NCBI RefSeq assembly: GCF_009914755.1
Contig: NC_060928.1
Origin: the human T2T-CHM13v2.0 reference genome, Homo sapiens
DNA length: 64,000 bases
Direction: 5' to 3' (one strand)
Below, in pieces: positions 59,278 through 64,000 of the stretch. The notes under the pieces were generated by a model. It saw nothing but the letters and a program-made list of their open reading frames with translations. It had not been told where the DNA came from and searched no databases. Both the position numbers and the translations under genes were made by a program. The first letter of the stretch is position 1; each line of letters starts with the position of its first letter.

Positions 59278-60105
59278 TGAAAGGAAAATAAACCTTGGGG
59301 CCCCAAGATCACTAAGCTAGGCCGGGCTCGGTGGCTCACGCCTGTAATCCCAGCACTTTGGGAAGCTGAGGCAGGCGGATCACCTGAGGTCAGGAGTTCC
59401 CAGCGCTTTGGGAAGCTGAGGCGGGCAGATCACCTGAGGTCAGGAGTTCAAGACCAGCCTGGCCAACACGATGAAACCCCGTCTCTATTAAGAAATATGA
59501 AAATTAGCCAGGTATGGTGGCAGGCGCCTGTAATCCCAGCTACTCAGGAGGCTGAGGCAGGGAAAATTGCTTGAACCCTGGAGTTGGAGGTTGCAATGAG
59601 CCGAGATCGCACCACTGCACTCCAGCCTGGGCAACAGAGTGAGACTCTGTCCCAACAACAACAACAAAAAAAGTTATTAAGCTAAAGAGAAAAGTCAAGC
59701 TGGGAACTGCTTAGGGCAAACCTGCCTTCCATTCTATTCAAAGTCACCCCTTTGCTCACTGAGATAAATGTATATCTGATTGCCTCATTTGGAGAGGCTA
59801 ATCAGGAACTCAAAAGAATGCAACCATTTGTCTCTTAACTACCTATGACCTGGAAGCCCCCTCCCCACTTCGAGTTGTCTCACCTTCACCTGGAGTTGAC
59901 CCGCCTTTCCAGACTGGACCAATGTACATTTTGCACATATTGATTGATGTCTCATGTCTCTCTAAAATGTATGAAGGCAAGCTGTGTCCCTACCACCTTA
60001 GGCACATGTTGTCAGGACCTCCTGAGGCTGTATCACAGGCGTGCATCCTCAACCTTGGCAAAATAAACTTTCTCAATTAACTGAGACCTCAGATTTTTGG
60101 GGTGC
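59278..60105 (+). mobile_element. MER4A-type solo LTR containing an Alu (59320-59673, +), inserted in an older MLT1-like LTR
   Basis: TGAAAGGAAAATAAACCTTGGGGCCCC...AAGTCAAGCTGGGAACTGCTTAGGGCAAACCTGCC...AATAAACTTTCT. The Alu TSD ends in TAAGCTA. Confidence 0.8.
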
Positions 60106-61082
60106 CTGTAGTCTTAGGCCTTGAGAGTCCTCTTGTAGTTTCCATATTTTTGCCCTCTTGGATGCTGGCACCAAGCAAGCCTTGGCTATCCTGCTTAAAG
60201 GGCCATTTGGAGAGGGGCTCTGGAGGGCGAGGGGCCAGATGGAGGAAAACAAGTTTCCCCGGCTGACAGCCAGCACCAACTGCCAGGCACATGTGTGAGG
60301 CTGTCCTGGATGTTCCACCCAGCTGGCCCTCCAGCTGCAGGTAGCCACACAAATGAGCCCAAGTTAAACCAGACAGGAAGTCCCCATGCAACTCACATGG
60401 TCATGAGCAATAATGACTTGTGGTGGTTTAAAGTTTCTAATTTTAGGGTGCAATAGGTAACTGAAATAGCCCACAAGGGTGTGAGTCTGTGGAGGGTGCA
60501 TTTCCCACTTGTTGAAGCTTCTCAATTTCCAGGATCCAATCCGGATAAGACTCTTTTTCTCAGTGTCCTTGATGGAAATGACAATGAACTTTTTGCAGAT
60601 TGGACCATCTCAGGGGAATCCCAAAGATCGGAAACTATTTTCTTTCTTAGAATCTTCCACACAGCATTGAGCCTTAGGAATTTCTAAGAAGGATCTGAAA
60701 TGAAAAACATCTTTTGAAAAGGTATTTGTATAGCTTCACTTCAGCAAGATTCATGGTGGGTGTTAGACTTAGTGCTGGTGTTAAGCCAAACCATGTTTTT
60801 CAAAGACTCATCTGGCCTCAAGGTTGGCAGGATCAGAGTGGCCTCCCAGGATCTATCACATCCTCAGAAGAGTTGGTTCAACTGGCATGTACCCAGATCT
60901 CTTTGAACTAGTATGATACTCCCTCGAGTCAAAGGCTGCTATATCACATCTCCTTTAAGTCCCCCTAAGTACGACCCCAGAAGCATTGACAAAGTGTGCT
61001 ATTACTAAAGATTTCAGGAGGACATAAATGAAGAGATTAAACTGAAAGGTACCAAAACTTCCATCTTTGCTAAAGACCCTCA

Positions 61083-61490
<408 letters not shown>

Positions 61491-61640
61491 TCAACTTGTA
61501 CCCTTCAACAGCAAAGTTCTTAGCTCAACATGTATGCCTCTGGGGGAACTCATCCACATGCCATTTAAGGATATTTCCAGCAACATCATCTTCACTACCC
61601 CAGGATGGCATTTTAGAGTGGATGACTTGCCTGCTGGATG

Positions 61641-62198
61641 TGTTGTTCTTGAGCGAGTTTGAGAAAACGCTACACTTTGAGATGAATTAAGAGTCTGTTT
61701 ACTTAGCCGGCGGCAAAGAAACGGCTAACGTTTAAAGTTCTCTCGGCTTCGAAGAAGGGGCTAAGATTTTCTTTTATACTTTGGTTTAGAAAGGGGAGGG
61801 GGTTCTAGTTAAAACAATTTTACATAAGTAAAGTAGACAAAAAAGTTAAAAGGATAAATTGTTACAGGAAAGTAAACAGTTTTAGGTCTAGGGCCTTTAA
61901 CACTATTATAAGGTGATAGACGCGGGGCTTTGGGCGTTATCAATCGGATGAATTCCTGGGAACTGCGGATATTGCTCACCACAGTATCTTATCAGTTAAT
62001 TGCATTCTTCGATGTGCTGGGAGTCAGCTTGCACAAGTTAAGTCCCTGAGGAAGGGGCTGCCAGTGAAAGAGCCAAGATGGAATCTGTCTGGCTCTCTTA
62101 GCTAAGGGAGAGTCAATTCAGGTGGAAACAAGGCTAGGTCATTAAAAGAAAGGGAGAGTCTAAAAACAGGGTGAGTAAAAACATGGTTGGGCATTACA
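61641..62198 (-). repeat. LTR6A/B-type 3' LTR
   Basis: Starts TGTAATGCCCAACCATGTTTTTACTCACCCTG and ends CTCGCTCAAGAACAACA. Confidence 0.85.
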
Positions 62199-62229
62199 TT
62201 CCTCACTTGTGTTTTTGGGGAATCAAATC

Positions 62230-63300
62230 GTTGATTCTTCAGTTATAAAAAGGGGGTTATTTTGAGTCTTCAGATACATAAGTTTGACAGAAGCTATTCG
62301 TTGTTTTACAAAATTAAGAAACTAACTTAATATACAATGCCCCAAAATTAGACTTATTAGTAGGATGGGGAGGGGGTCCAGCTAACTTAGTAATTAGAGT
62401 GGTTAGCTATGGGTTCTAGTTGAACATGCGTTGATACTAGGGGATGTTACTTTTTTGTTCTTGTTGGCGCTTGTCTAGATTTTCTTGCACTTTTTGGAGT
62501 GTATCTTTTATGACTAAGAAAGGTGGAGGAACAGTTAAATCAACTTTGTCAGGGTGTTCCTGGAACGTAGGGTTACTTAGATCAGTTAAAGGCCTGATTG
62601 ACTTGGGTGGGCTTTATGAGACTAGGGTTTTTTTGGATGGTGAACATATACTTAACATTAAATCCTGGGATATAAAATCTTAATGTTCATGACATGCCAT
62701 GATACTATTGAGTTGAATTAAGGTCATGGACAGTTAGAGGATTACAGTTTTTTCTAGTACATAATTTAGGATGAGAAGCACGAGTTATGGAAAGAGTTGA
62801 AGATCTGGTTGATCTTTTAGAGTAGGTGGCTAAAGTTACACATGTCTAATCAGGGCAGAAAAACTGATAAGCATCTTGACAGCTAGCGTCAGGGTGATTT
62901 CTAGGACAGAGGTAAAAGTCAACATTTTGGAGTCTTTTTTTCTGCACTTTTGGAGCTTCTGCAATTAGTTTGGCTCTTGGAGTGTCTGAATCTTGCTGCA
63001 AGGTCGACACTTCCTGCTCCTGGGACTGGCAGATGGTGTTGTTTTTGTGGGTGTGGGCTGGCTTTGGGAATAGTACAAATAAATCAACTGCAAAGGAGAC
63101 TTCCTTGGAGGTACGGACCTTCTAAGTGGTGTTTGCAAATACACGTCCTGTTGTGAAAGAGGTGAGGAGAAAGGAGTAGGAAGGCACAGAGGATGTAACT
63201 GGCAAAAACAAATAAGTGAGGTAGACAAAAAGAATGAATCTAATGGCTTCACCTGACTTAGGTGCAGTTTTAAGGGGCCTGACTTAGGCCTGGGGACTTA
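62230..63300 (-). pseudogene. env: HERV-T env, internally deleted and full of stops
   Basis: The N-terminal half of SU is joined near 62515 to the C-terminal part of TM. Trp codons read as TAG or TGA. Confidence 0.85.
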
Positions 63301-64000
63301 TGTTTTGAGCTGGGCTCTGTTGGACTTTTTGATGCGGGAGTGATGAATCTAGCAGGAATGCCGCCTACTTTCAGAGCAGTTGGAGTCGTGAGGATGACGG
63401 TGTGAGGTCTTTTCTAAGCAGGAGTGAGTCTTTCTTTTTGGAACTTTTTAACAAACGCTAGGTCTCCTGGCTGGAATGAATGGCAGGACTTTTTCTGGTC
63501 AGGAATTGGATTGGGAAGGGCTCCTCAAACAAGTGGCAGGATAATATCTTGTACCTGTTGGAGAGAATATAGGTACTGTAATAAATTAGTTTGTGATATT
63601 TCTGCTAATTTCACATCTCTTCACTTAGGCAAGATAGGCAGCACCTTCTTATACATGATTTCAAAGGGTGAGAACTTAGCGTGGTAAGGGGTGCACCTTA
63701 CTTTAAGTAGAGCTAAAGGAAGGAGACTTACTTAATTTACACTGGTTTTTAAGATTTTGTAAGAGTGTTTTTTAGGGTGTGGTTCATGCGTTGTACTTGC
63801 CTGGAGCTCTGAGGTTGATAGGCACGATGGAGCTTCTATTGAATGTTTAAGGCCTTACTGACTGACTGAGCTATAGGCTAGGCGACGTGAAGGCTGTTCT
63901 ATTATCAGACTTTATGGCAGCAGGCAGCCTATACTGAACGATGATTTCATTGTGTAAAAACTTAACTACTGTGTTGGTGGTTTTGTTTTCGGTAGCAAAT

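Larger units (their letters stand above)
61641..64000 (-). mobile_element. HERV-T / HERV-S71 provirus, 3' part (integrase, deleted env, LTR6); continues beyond the window
   Basis: Gammaretroviral integrase motifs (Q*KLHRAYQPQSSRQVQRMN, PHTVILTTPTALKV), env matching HERV-T (VRPLKTAPKSGEAIR, YSFLLTSFTTGRVFANTT, NVDFYLCP, KQRIASVKL), a PPT and an LTR6-type LTR. Confidence 0.88.

Overview
Primate (human or ape) genomic DNA that is very rich in repeats and has no intact cellular gene. Four large retroelements all lie on the minus strand: a full-length type-2 HERV-K(HML-2) provirus with older LTR5A/B-like LTRs (8712-18301, TSD CAAAT), a 5.7-kb deleted HERV-H (31478-37154, TSD CTCTT), a full-length L1PA4-like LINE-1 with no visible TSD (about 44880-51096), and the 3' part of a HERV-T/S71 (LTR6) provirus running off the right edge (61641-64000). 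There is also a disrupted first coding exon of an ENPP7-like pseudogene (52515-52767), roughly 35-40 Alus or Alu fragments, and MaLR, MER4, MER1A, MER20, MIR and microsatellite repeats. From memory (not searched), this combination resembles the ENPP7P/FAM86/ALG1L/OR7E segmental duplication family. I found no evidence of a new multi-gene system. The best observations are: (1) the HERV-T provirus shows an APOBEC3-type G-to-A hypermutation signature; (2) a 2-bp insertion in HERV-K shifts the env, rec and np9 frames, so a rec-spliced mRNA would encode a 155-aa Rec-Np9 chimera; (3) HERV-K pro is fully open with all five dUTPase motifs; (4) there are several templated or snap-back micro-insertions. 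Family assignments rest on consensus sequences recalled from memory, and most repeat boundaries are approximate.
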